Below are positions 1-13,409 of a stretch of 64,000 nt of DNA, piece after piece. A program made the translations under genes and the position numbers. The stretch lies in NCBI RefSeq assembly GCF_009914755.1, contig NC_060926.1. One strand, 5' to 3'. This stretch comes from the human T2T-CHM13v2.0 reference genome, Homo sapiens. The notes below the pieces were generated by a model. The model was not told the DNA's origin. It ran no database searches and saw only the letters and a program-made list of their open reading frames with translations. Every line of letters begins with the position of its first letter. Position 1 is the first letter of the stretch.

Positions 1-769
1 TAGTAACTATGAAGAATGTTCTTTAAATGCACTTTTTAATTTTATTTTTCTATTGTCCTCTCCCTATGAATTTCTCCTGTGGATCTACAATATCTGCATG
101 TTCCAATTTCTGAATAGTTCATTGGAAAATTTTCTAAGCCCAGAAATTATTTCAGTTTCTGTCTTAGGTTGAGTTAGACTCTATTGGTAATTATGTGATC
201 ACAGTTTCTTAATACAGACTTTCTTCATGGTTCAGTTGTGAATTAATGTTTAACTCACCAAATTGTTCAGGACATGAATTCTCTTTTTATGAAGTTGTCA
301 ATAAATCAAGGACACTGTGTAGAAACTTCTAAGGGAGACATTTTTTCCAGTAATATAATTCTAGTATGGTATAGGGCTTAAATTTATAGTCACATGGGAA
401 ACATAACTGTGGGAATACAATACTGTTATATAATGTTATCTTTCGTGTAAGTACATATTTTCCAGCTGGGTGCAACTTAGGAGAGTTTGATATTTATGAT
501 CACCTAGGTTTGAAGTGGAGCTGGACATTACAGTTGTGGAGAAATAAAAATAGGGTGTTCAAGTAATTTCACGGTATCAGAATAATCACATGCAAAACAA
601 ACACATGTTTTAGTATTGGTGTCAACAAAACATTAGGAACCTACCCATAAAGAAGTAGTTTAAACTTTAATAGGTATTCTGGAATGCAGTCCCCACCCTC
701 ACCCCTCCCCACAGTGAAGAAACACAACAGATCCCTAATATCCAACAGAGCACATAAACACAGTGATTT

Positions 770-975
770 GAGAACATGGACTCTGAAGACAGATTCAAAT
801 CCTGGCTTCACCACTACATACTATCTATATGACTTTAATCAAATTACCTAACCTTTCTAAACCTTAGTTTTTACATCTATAAAAGGGGAATAATATAAAT
901 TTCTTAAAGGTTAATTTAAGCTTAAAATTAGTGACAACCTAAAGTTTTCCTCATAATGCCTGAGGTGTTCAATAC
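770..975 (+). mobile_element. MIR SINE relic
   Basis: Degenerate MIR core: TTCAAATCCTGGCTTCACCACTAC...AAATTACCTAACCTTTCTAAACCTTAGTTTTTACATCTATAAAAGGGGAATAATA. Boundaries approximate. Confidence 0.7.
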
Positions 976-991
976 ATTTCAATACATACAC

Positions 992-1080
992 AATGACACA
1001 GTGCCTCCTATCATATTTGAATACATTAATCACATTTATTTGGATTAATGTATTCAAGTATGATAGAAGACACTATCATT
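992..1080. other. Long inverted repeat / stem-loop (about 40-bp arms, 11-nt loop)
   Basis: TTGAATACATTAATC (1017-1031) is the exact reverse complement of 1043-1057. Pairing extends to 1000/1074 with 3 non-Watson-Crick positions, and to 992/1080 with a small bulge. Confidence 0.9.
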
Positions 1081-1884
1081 ATTCCTCTGATCATTTCAAT
1101 TGATTAAGTGCAGTTAAAGCATTTGGGATCCCTAAAAAGTTGTAAAACATAACTTATTGGAAATATAAGGGGTCAACAACAGTACAGAATCTCCTCAAAG
1201 AATCTGTAAATCACAAAAAAAAAAAACAAAAAAAACCTCCAAAAACAAAAATAAAATATAAACTTGAGATTCTCACAGCACTTCCCTCGAAGTGTGGGTG
1301 GGTAGTTTTCTCCAGAAAGAGCCACTTGCATAATATTTATTTTCTTGAGAAAATAATTACTTTGACAGGCATCTTTACATCTAAACTGAAATATACCATT
1401 ATTCAATATCACTGAATGAGTAATAGAGTACTAATAATATGAATGGTAATGACATTTTACTAATGAAAAATTTATCATTTTTATGAGACTTTCATGTTAT
1501 TTACTTCATTTGATACTCAGGAGTGATCTTCAATTCCATCAACTATAAAAATGAATAAGAAATCTGGCCAAAGTAATACAGTTTGAAAATAGCATGACTC
1601 AAACCTTCATCTCTTTTTATATTCATAAATGCCTCAGGTATAATTATCCTACTGGACAGAATGGGTGACTGCTGCTTATAAACAGATGGAAAACAAGACA
1701 TATGTCAAGCAGTAAAACATTATATGACTCCAGTAATTATTTCAATAATAATTTTCTATCATGTAAAAAAAATCACTGAGTGATAACCTTAATGATAGCA
1801 GATAAAATGACATAATAGTAATAGTATACTTTAGGGGTCAGAAAGTGGATTTGAAATCTCACTTTCCCTTTCCATAATGGTGTC

Positions 1885-2560
1885 AACACTTGCTGAATGC
1901 CCACAATGGGCAAGGCCTGTGCCACACACTAAGGTTATATGAATAAAGAATAAGAACAGGTTCTCTACCCTAAAGGAGTGCACAATCTGGCAGAGGAAGC
2001 AGATCCCAAACAGATTATTTTAATAAAATATGGTAATTACTAAGATAGAAACATAGTCTGAGCATTAGCCCAACAGAAAGAATATTTACCCAACCTAGGG
2101 ACTTGAAGAAGGCTTCTGGGAGGAAATAGGCTGGAATTAAGCCCAAGTCTGAGTGAGCATTGTCCAGGTGAAGACAGATGGGAAGGATGTTCCTGCATTA
2201 ATCAATGTATGTAAGCATAAATCACATGACGCATTTAGAAAAAAGAAAACTTATACTGCCAAAATATAAGCAATAAGGCAGAGTATGGAGGAATGGGACT
2301 GGAGAAATAAACAGGGCTCAGTAATAAAATTACTTTTTTGTCAAACTTTTATGCTCAATACTGACTGTGAGGGGAAGTCCATGAAACAACTATAGCAGAG
2401 GAATATCAAGGTTAAACCTTTGGCTTCTGTTGATCACTCTAGCCACTATGTGAAGAGGGGATTTAAAGATTCAAATCTAGATGAAGGGAGGCTAGTTGGT
2501 AGTATGGAAGTGAACTGGAAGCATTATTGCAATAGTCACTCCAGAAGATGGGACAGATAT
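1885..2560 (-). mobile_element. L2 LINE relic
   Basis: L2 3'-end-like wording (ACTTGCTGAATGCCCACAATGGGCAAGGCCTGTGCC...CTACCCTAAAGGAGTGCACAATCTGG...GAAGGCTTCTGGGAGGAA). Boundaries approximate. Confidence 0.6.
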
Positions 2561-2635
2561 GGACTAGGGCAATAGGTACAAGAATGGGAAAATATAAACA
2601 CATTAAAAATATTTAGGAGGTCACTGCAGAATTTA

Positions 2636-2752
2636 GTGTGTGCGTATACATATATATATATGCGTATATATGTGTAAAAATATGTATACACATATATATG
2701 TATATATATGTATACACACACACACACTATATATATACATGGGCGTGTGTGT
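2636..2752. repeat. Mixed (TA)n/(CA)n/(TG)n microsatellite
   Basis: Directly visible dinucleotide runs. Confidence 0.85.
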
Positions 2753-3134
2753 TTGAAAAAGGAAGTGGGAAGAATTAAACTTTAGATTTCTTTCTTAAAT
2801 GATGTTTAGTGAAGACAGTAGGGATATTGCTACAAAATGAGTTGTTTTTATCAGTTCAATTTTGAGGTAGATAGGAACCATAAAAAGAGGTTTTTATTAG
2901 AAAATAGCTGCATAATTGAGTCTGAATCTCAGTATAGATGTCAAGTCTGAAAATTTGAATATAATTTGTATATTAGGTGAAAAGTAAATCCATAAAGCAA
3001 TAAGACATAAAAATTAACACCCTGCAAAATATAAGCTGTGCTCCTATGCTGATTATTGCTGTTATGAATTTGTAATTTTTACTAACATGAATTTTGTATG
3101 TTTTCCTAAAAGTTTCTCACTTTTTTTCCCAATT

Positions 3135-4078
3135 CTCTTGGCCTAGAATCAGTGATACCCAGTAGCAATGAGCGCACCCAGCACCTGGTTCTTGTTTTCT
3201 AAATACCATTCTTCAGTAAAAGGAAACAGAGCCCCTGGGAGGGGTGGCTGATTCTAAGATTGGAGCAGGGAGAATAGCAGATGAGTCTGGAGCATAATTG
3301 TATTGGCAGAAGTTAAGGAAGTACTTAAGAGAATAAATAACAATGCTATTAAAATTACCTAAGGAATAAAATAAATATTGATAAGTGCATACTGAGATAG
3401 AGGAGTAAATAAATGAATAAATGGGGAGAAGAGACAAAACCTTTCTTGCGGAAGCATTCCAAATAATACAAGTATATACCCCATCCAAGTAAAGAAAATT
3501 AATTTTCCTCTCTTGGAGTGATTCATTTCCAAAGAAGAGAGTATGACAAGGGAAAAATAAACAATAACAAGTTGTATAGTGGGGCAAACCTGGTGGATAC
3601 CAACTTAACCAAGCTCTTAAGGTTAACATCACTAGTGGAAAGACACAATGGTATCAGATACCCTCTGATGCAATGAGAAGTGCCCTTTCCCCCTATAATA
3701 TTCTTCCCCCAAGTAATTACCCAATCTAATCATAAGAAAATATCACACACATCTAAATTTAAGGACATTCCACAAAATGACCAGTGCTCTTTGGAACTGT
3801 CAAGGTTTTAAAAACCAGGCAAGACTGAGAAACCATAACAGATCGAAGGATATTATGACACCACAGTCTCCTCTATGTTATCTGTCTGCCATAAATGACA
3901 AAATTTAATCTGGTATTCTGAAATTGGATCCTGGAAGAGAAAAACAACATTAATGGAAAAATTGGTGAAACCCAAGCAAGTCCCTAGTTTAGGTGATAGT
4001 ATTGTACTAATGTTGATTTCTTAGTTTTGACAAATGTAACAGGATTATGTTAGATCATAACATTATGGGAATCTTGAT
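3135..4078 (+). mobile_element. Old L1 (L1MC/L1MD-like) 3' UTR fragment
   Basis: CTCTTGGCCTAGAATCAGTGATACCCAGTAGCAATGAGC...TAAATACCATTCTTCAGTAAAAGGAA, and GTATTGTACTAATGTTGATTTCTTAGTTTTGACAAATGT. Homologous to 8990-10090. Confidence 0.65.
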
Positions 4079-5941
4079 GAGTATTTATTTTTACCATGGT
4101 TAGTTTGAGATGAAAATAAAGAAATACTTGTGACAACTAGGTCAGTGGGCTACACAATCCACAGGTTACTTGGAAAAAGCAGACTTCTTCCAACTTTCTC
4201 TGGCATACATCATTTCCATAACTTGGTTTATAGAATGTAGAAAGAAAATTCTAGAGGGAGTTTTATAGAAAGGAGCACAGGGAAACTCTAAGAATAATTA
4301 CTAATTGTTTTGCTGAAAGATTGTTTCATAATTAAGGTGTATGACTATCTAATACCTTGCCTTGAGGAAGTTAAAAGCATTTTGCCAATGTAGTTAAAAA
4401 CACAATTACTACCAAATAAAATAGTAATCCCGGTAATGAATTGTGGGTTTCATATAGATAATAATCTGTCTTTTCCATCTAAAAGACTGGTAACATTACA
4501 AAGCAATGTCTAACCAAGGAGGGTAAACGGAGTGATTCAATTATTCATCCATTTCATATTTATTCATTCACTCAACGAAAATGTTTTTTAGTGTTTATTA
4601 TGTTCCAAGCACCATGGTAGGTTTTAGTCATCACAGTCAGAATGTACTAAATAGCCTTTTTCTATTACGATTTAAAAAAATACCATTTAGATTGGATAAT
4701 GCATCCACAAGCAACACAGATGCTAGTGTACTTGCAACTCTGACCCTTAGTTTGAAAAATCTGCTTAGAAATTTTCCTACAAAGGGAGCACTTTGTTCTC
4801 GTTTTCTTCTCAGTGGTACCTCTAAGTAAATCTAGGGCCTTTATGTATGTCCAGAGACATACATGAATAATCATTTCTAATTAATTTTATGTAGACCTCA
4901 TTTTTCAAAACATGGCTTCCTATCATCCCAAATGGCTCATCATAAATTATTTAGAGTTACATAGAACATTGACTCTGAATAAAATGAAAATAAAGTTGGC
5001 TCTCTTCAGTAGAGTAGCTAAGAGGTATCATCTGCTATTGATTGCTTCTAAAATATTAAGGAACCCTATTCCCAAAATACATGAATGGAATCAAATTAGG
5101 CAAAGAATACAATCATTTTTCCTGGTAAAAATGACTGTTGTTTCAAAAGCTATTGCATGCACTGAGGGAAAAATTTAAACCTTTCATTTAAAAGCATACT
5201 TTTTATGTTGATTCTTATTCTTGGGCATGACTGTTTGTGCCCATTTGTGAAGAAAACACAATTAAAATAATGCATAAAAATAATTAAAATAATCCAAGTA
5301 ACCTGAGAAAAGACATGGAGGGATTATTTACTACAGAAGCATTTTTCCTATTCGTTGTTTATGTTCAGAGAAAGAATAGAATCAAAGTATCAAACATGAC
5401 TAGTTAGTGCTATATGTAAGGGATGCAAACATCACGTTGATCAATGCTCTGCTATCAGAACGAGGATACTAAGGTAAATTATTGTTCAGGTACTGCCCAA
5501 AAACAAACAAGTAAATGTTAACTAGGTCAAACTGGGGTACATTTATATTTCAGAATTCATTTTGAAAAAATATCTGAAAAAATTAATTTATTCTATTAAG
5601 TAACCACAGCCTGGGACACTACTAGAATATGTAAAAAAATACAATATCAACTGTATTTTGGGTCTATGGCTTAGAAAGAAAAAGTTCAATTTGGAATGCA
5701 TGTATATATTTTCTACTAATATATGTAGTAATTAGACATATACATATTTATATATGCATACATAGAATTATGTAAGTAATAATCCTATGAATATTATCCC
5801 TTTTTAGGAATTAAAGTCTATGAAAATGAAATTAGTCTTTTGCTATATTTAAATAACCTATAGTATTTAAATTGGCATTCAGAAAATAACATCTGAAAAT
5901 AAAACTGTCAATCATAAATTACTTAAATTAAAAATAAGCTT

Positions 5942-8009
5942 TTAGTTTTATTAAATTTTTAATTTATTATTAAATTTTATTATTTAAATTTATTATATAT
6001 TATATATTATATATATTATATATATTATATATTATATATATTATATATATTATATATTATATATATTATATATATTATATATTATATATATTATATATTA
6101 TATATTTATATATAATATATATCTAATATATATATTAGATATAATATATATCTAATATATATATATTTTATATATATAATATATCTCTAATATATATATT
6201 TTATATGTATATAATATATCTCTAATATATATATATTTTATATGTATATAATATATCTCTAATATATATATTTTTTATATATAATATATCTCTAATATAT
6301 ATATTTTATATATATAATATATATCTAATATATATAATATATATATTAGATATATATAAAATATATATGATATATTTATTATATATATAATATATAATAT
6401 ATAATATATATATTATATTATATACATATATATTATATACAATATATATTATATATTTTATATACATTATATATTATATATATTTTATATACAATATATA
6501 TTATATATTTTATATACAATATATATTATATATATTTTATATTTTTATATACAATATATATTATATATATTTTATATATAATATATATTATATATATTTT
6601 ATATAATATATATTATATATATTTTATATATAAAAATATATATATATTTTTTATATATAAAATATATATTTTATATATAATATATATTATATAAATTATA
6701 TATAATATATATTATAATAAATTATAATATTTTTTATATATATAATATGTATTTTATATATAATATATTATAATATATATTTTATATATAATATATTATA
6801 ATATATATTTTATATATAATATATTATAATATATATTTTATATATAATATATTATAATATATATTTTATATATAATATATTATAATATATATTTTATATA
6901 TAATATATTATAATATATATATTATAATATATATTTTATATATCATATATTATAATATATATATTATAATATATATTTTATATATAATATATTATAATAT
7001 ATATATTATAATATATATTTTATATATAATATATTATAATATATATATTATAATATATATTTTATATATAATATATTATAATATATATATTATAATATAT
7101 ATTTTATATATAATATATTATAATATATATATTATAATATATATTTTATATATCATATATTATAATATATATATTATAATATATATTTTATATATCATAT
7201 ATTATAATATATATATTATAATATATATTTTATATATCATATATTATAATATATATATTATAATATATATTTTATATATCATATATTATAATATATATTT
7301 TATATATCATATATTATAATATATATTTTATATATCATATATTATAATATATATTTTATATATCATATATTATAATATATATTTTATATATCATATATTA
7401 TAATATATATTTTATATATCATATATTATAATATATATTTTATATATCATATATTATAATATATATTTTATATATCATATATTATAATATATATTTTATA
7501 TATCATATATTATAATATATATTTTATATATCATATATTATAATATATATTTTATATATCATATATTATAATATATATTTTATATATCATATATTATAAT
7601 ATATATTTTATATATCATATATTATAATATATATTTTATATATCATATATTATAATATATATTTTATATATCATATATTATAATATATATTTTATATATC
7701 ATATATTATAATATATATTTTATATATCATATATTATAATATATATTTTATATATAATATATTATAATATATATTTTATATATAACATATTATAATATAT
7801 ATTTTATATATAATATATTATAATATATTAATTAAATTTATTAATTTATTAATTATTAATATTTATTATATTATTAATTAACAATATATAAATTATTAAT
7901 ATATATTAACTAATATATATTAATTAAATTTATTATAATAAATTATAATAAAATTTATTAAATTTTATTATAATTATTAAAAAATTATTAAATTTTAGTT
8001 TTATTAAAT
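5942..8009. repeat. About 2.1-kb AT-rich minisatellite/(TA)n array, with a 28-bp unit TATATCATATATTATAATATATATTTTA in about 17 perfect copies at about 7275-7750
   Basis: Almost pure A/T. The diagnostic C recurs every 28 nt from 7280 to 7728. The unit contains the 16-bp palindrome ATATATTATAATATAT. Confidence 0.97.
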
Positions 8010-8989
8010 TAAATTACTTAAATTAAAAATAAGCTTGTTCTCCTCACAAGCCTTCAGCTTAAAAGAACAAAATTGATGTATCCACATTGAAACTGTTCTT
8101 GTACAACCATCTTCCCTTTTGATTTAAGCTTTAATGAACAGTATTGGCATGTAAAAAGGCCTAAAAGGCTAGGATAACATTGAATAGATTATCCACAAAT
8201 AATTTCAATAAATATGAAGGAAGAACAAATATTTTAACATTGAATACCTTTTTAGAGGAAAATTGAAAATATTTGTAGGTCTAGTATTGTGAAAGTCAAT
8301 AGTAAATCCTCTTAAGAGATTGTTTTTATTATTTTTATTCTCTGAGTATGAAATATCTTTGGAGAAAATCCATAATCTGGCACTATAGAGAGATATTTCA
8401 TAGCTGAAAGCTGGGAAGAAAAAGCTATACTGTTATAATTTTGGAATGATGCCAACCTCTCCTAAAATACACAACTATAGTGCTATTTCCCCAACCTCCC
8501 TTTTTTCTCCTAGGAACTCATTTGTTCTTTCTTAAAATCTGTTTGATGAGCATCAATTTTACAAAGTCTGGAAATGTACTTTCCAAGTGAAAATATTCTA
8601 GAATACTTCCTTAAAAAACAGAAGCTAAAAATCTAGTGAGCAGCTTTAATCCAGTAAAGTGCACAAGGGCCTAAACTCAGGGAAGAGGCTATTTGACATT
8701 TTTGCACATTCCGTTTATCAACTCTCTGGGGTCTGGAAGTGAAGGGAGATTTTGAGTAACTCAACTCAACAAAGGATTATTAAAAAGTCAAAACAAATGG
8801 AGCAAATCACTGAGGATTCACAATATTCATTTTGATACATATAATACACAGCTTCTAAAAGAAATACGATGGCAAGTAACACATTACCAACAAATTACTA
8901 ATGACTATCTTTGACAATATATTTGTGCTGCCTCATAAATTTTACTGGAGCAGGACAAAGGACACTGAAACCCTGAATTGAAGTATGCT

Positions 8990-10090
8990 TCCAGGATCAA
9001 TTTGCACCTAGGTCTTGCTTTCTAATATCATTCTCCAAGAAAAGGAACCAGGGCTCCTTGGTGAACTGGCTGATTCTAGGACTGGAGTCGAGATGACAAG
9101 ATAAACCTGGGCCTCTTGTAGTGCCAGAAAGTAAAGTCGTGCTAAAGAAAAAAACCAAAACCTGAAAAACCCTCCTTGATGAGAGTGTGGCAAAGAGGCA
9201 CACGAGCCAATGGAAATCACTCCCAGTAGTCAGAGCTAGACCCATTAGAGCAACAGAAAAGTGATGAATTATAATCCAAGATTTAAAATAAATATCCATG
9301 AGTCCATGCTTACATAAATAAATTATCAAATAAATTACAAAGTGGGAGAAAAACAAAAATCCTATGCCAAAGAATTCCAAATAATTTATGTAGATACTCT
9401 GCCTTAAAGGAGGGAGAACATATCACTACTCATTAGGTGAAGGCTGTGTATAGGGACTTCCTTCCAGCGAGTATAATATATAAAGGGGATGAATAAAGTA
9501 ACTTTATAGCCGAGAATTCTGAAAGCACTCCCTCAACCAGGTGACCAAGGTCAAGACCAGCAGTCATAAATCATATTGATAGCATGTACCCTTGATAAGA
9601 TATGATGAAAGTGTCATTTTACCTCTGTGATTTTCTTTGCAAAAACCCATAACTCCAGTCTAATCATAAGAAAAACATCAGACAAAACCCAAATTGGGGG
9701 TCATTCTACAAAACACATGATGAGTACACCTCAAAACGGACATCAACATAATCAAAAACAAAAAAGTCTGAGAAACGTCAAAGCTAAGAAAGCCCAAGGA
9801 AACCTGATGGCTAAACGTAATGAGGGATCTTGAATGATATCTTGTAATAGAAAAAGGATGTTACGTAAAAATTGAGGAAATTTGAATAAACCATAGACTT
9901 ATTTAATAAAAATATATCAATATTGGTTCATTAATTATAAGAAATGTGTCATACTAATGTAAAAATGTTCATAATGGGGAAACTAAGTGTGAGGGTATAT
10001 GAAAACTATATTCTCAATTGTCTTTTGTAAATCTAAACTGTACTACCCTTTTAATTTTTTCTGTAAATCTAAATCTGTTCTAAAAAATAA
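8990..10090 (+). mobile_element. Old L1 (L1MC/L1MD-like) 3' UTR fragment
   Basis: TCATTCTCCAAGAAAAGGAACCAGGGCTCCTTGG, AACCCATAACTCCAGTCTAATCATAAGAAAAACATCAGACAAAACCCAAATTG, and terminal TGTAAATCTAAATCTGTTCTAAAAAATAAAG. Confidence 0.7.
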
Positions 10091-10094
10091 AGTC

Positions 10095-10475
<381 letters not shown>

Positions 10476-11729
10476 TTAGAACAAATAAAAGTTCAGAAAA
10501 AGCCGCTTAGTATTGCAGAAGACGCATGGAAGAGAAATGTTTATACCTAGAATTGTGAGTGTTGGCAGAATTTTATGTATTTATTTTGTATTTACTCCTC
10601 ATTTCTAATATATTTAGATGTAAATTGTGAGAAGAAATCTGGCATTAGATTAAATCAAGGCTTCAATTGTGGGGACCACACAAACTTTTACATGTTATTT
10701 AACTTATCTGGTCCTCAATTTTCTGAGAGGGTGGAATAGCGCACTTATGAAATTCTCTAAAACTGTAATATTTTATATTCTAAATTGTTTGATAGACATT
10801 ATTCTTGGTTTGAAAAATTATTTTCTGGCCTGAATCTAGTAATGTAATTTGGGCATATTATATATAATCTTTTTAACTCTGTTTTAAGCTTCTTTGTTAT
10901 TATATTTCTCCATTAAAATAACATTTATAGTGCCAAATATGGTTCATAAAGTAGTTGAACTTCATATGATGCTTTAGCAGAAAAGGTTTTGCTTAATGAA
11001 GAAATAAAACAAAACACATTTTATTGCTATGTCAGTGAGAATTATAAGTGGCTGAATACAAAATCAGTTTCCATATATTCACCTCAAGCTGTGAGTGCAA
11101 AAAGTAATGTTGTTGAGTTAAAATTTTTCACTGCAATAAGACTCGATGACAAAGTACAACAGGCTACTCATTTATTCAAAAGAGATATATACCAAGAGAT
11201 TGTGAATTCTCAAATCAATAAGTGCAATTTTAGCATACTTACCTTGTAATATTACATAAAATATAATTGAAAATTTTAAGTAACATGTTGTGCCTTCAAT
11301 AATTTCTATGGATAAGATTAAATGCATTTATACAGCAATTAAAATAAGTTTTTACTAAAATTACACACTATATGGCAATCAATTCTTTTCATTATTAACA
11401 TTCACTTCGAGCTTACCTGAATCTGTCAATCTGAAATGGTGATGATAACAAATGTTGCTGCACTCTTTGTGTAATCAGATCTACTTTACATATGACAATG
11501 ATGAAGATGTGTTCTGCTGAGTAGGATTAAATCAGTTTACAATTGAGAAAGTTCTTTCTAATATTTTTGTGGACCCTCAGTAAAAACCTCACAAAATTCT
11601 GACAATGAGTAAGTGAAATGTATAGGACACATTTATAAATGACAGATTGTTTCTTAAATAACACTATGAATTCAATTCTTACAGGACCATGTGTAGTTCC
11701 AAATCTTCCTGCTCACCCCCCTTTCCCCT

Positions 11730-11905
11730 CAACCTATTGGATACTTATTCTGGATATAGATGTACCTTTCCTTCTCACAATGCTTATACACTTACCATAT
11801 TTATAGGCTTACTGAATGATTTATCCACTATCATGTTGAATCCTGCCTGCTATGTATGCACTGCAGCTCAAATATTGCTTTTGATCAAGAAGCAACTGAA
11901 AAAAA
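11730..11905 (+). mobile_element. ERVL-class internal sequence, integrase core N-terminal part (decayed)
   Basis: Translation LDTYSGYRCTFPSHNAYTLTIFIGLL resembles the ERVL integrase motif IDTYSGYGFAFP..NA....I.GL, which carries the first Asp of the DDE triad. Confidence 0.6.
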
Positions 11906-11924
11906 AACTATATTGTTTTACTTT

Positions 11925-13405
11925 GTTTATAATAAAATATACACACTTTAAAAGTACAATTTAATGAGTTTAGACAAATGCATACGCCTTTATAACTATG
12001 ACTACAGTTAACATATGGATGAGTACCATCACTCCCAAAAGAGTCCTTAATGTCCTTTCTTAATCCCTACCCTAACCTCTGTAGCTCCAGGCAAACACTG
12101 CTCTACTTTCTACAAATATATATTAAATTTGTCTTTCCTGGATTTTCATATACGTGGAAGCATACAGCATGTAATCTTTTGCTTCCTCCTTTTTTATTTA
12201 TTCATAATGTAATTCTTGGGATACATTCATGTTGTTAAATGTGTCAGTAGTTTATTACTTTATATTGCTGAGTAGGATTCCATTCCATTTTATTCCATTC
12301 CACAATTTGTTTATTCATTCTCTAATTGTCAGAAATGTAAGTCATTTCCAGTTACTGGCTCTTACAAAAAAATTGCAGTAAACATTTTTGTGCATTTTGT
12401 AGATATATGTTTTTGTTCTTCTTGAGCAATGCATAAATTTGGCATTGTTATGTCAAAGTTAAGAGCATGTTTGATTTTGCAAGAAACTGCCAAAACTTTT
12501 TCAGGAATAACAGTATCATTTTTACATTTCCACGTACAGGATATGAGAGGGCTAGTTGTTCCGAATACTCACCAATAGGTGTTTTTGTCAGTATGTTTAA
12601 TATTAGCTGTTTTAATAGGTGTTAAATCATATTTCATTTTCAATTCACATTTTCCTAATGATGTTAAGCATCTTATTGGCCATTCTTACATATCCTTTTG
12701 TGAAAGTGCCTATTTAAGTCTTTTGCCTGTTTAAGAAATTGGATGGTTAGTCTTCAGTTGTAAGAGTTCTTTATATATTTTGGATAGAGGTTTTTTGACA
12801 GGTATATTCACTGCAAGTATTTGTTTTCCAATCTATGGGTTTCCCCCTCATTTTAATAATGTTGTCTTTTGGACAACAAAAGTTTTAATTTTTATGATCC
12901 TAATTTGATCAATTTGTATGGATTTTGCTTTGTGTCTATGAAATAAATTTTACTTACTCTAAAGATGCAAAGACATTTTACGTTTTCTTATATAACTTTA
13001 GAAGTCTTTATGTTTAGATCTATTATCTACCTTCATTTAGTTTTTGTTTGTAGTAATAGATAAGTATAGAATTTCATTTATATGTGACTATCTAGTTGTC
13101 CTAGTAATTTTTATTGAAATTGCTGTCCTTTCCCCATCAAATTACTTTGGTACCTTTGTCAAAAATTAATTTACCATATAAACATGAGGCTATTTCTAAA
13201 TTCTCTTAAAATTTATCTATATGTCTTTTTGTCAAAGATGCACTATTTTTATTCCTTTAGTTTTACAGCAAACCTTGAAATACAAATTTGTTCTCTTTTA
13301 AAATTGTTTAGATATTTTAGATTTTTTGCATGTCCGTGTATGTTTTAGAATCAAGTTTTCAATTTCTTTGAAACGATCTTCTATGATTTTGATTGGAACT
13401 TTCTT
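11925..13405 (-). mobile_element. Old L1 (L1ME/L1M-like) 3' part, antisense
   Basis: TTTAAAAGTACAATTTAATGAGTTTAGACAAATGCATAC..., TTGCTGAGTAGGATTCCATT, AAGAAACTGCCAAAACTTTTTC, and TTTGTCAAAAATTAATTTACCATA are typical antisense L1M 3' sequence. Confidence 0.75.
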
Positions 13406-13409
13406 AGAA

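Noticed and set aside
7275-7750. Regular 28-bp repeat as a CRISPR-like array
   Set aside because: The units are contiguous with no unique spacers and lie in eukaryotic context; it is a minisatellite.
11498-11520. ATGATGA...CTGA resembling snoRNA C and D boxes
   Set aside because: The boxes are only about 12 nt apart and there is no terminal stem, which is too short for a C/D snoRNA.
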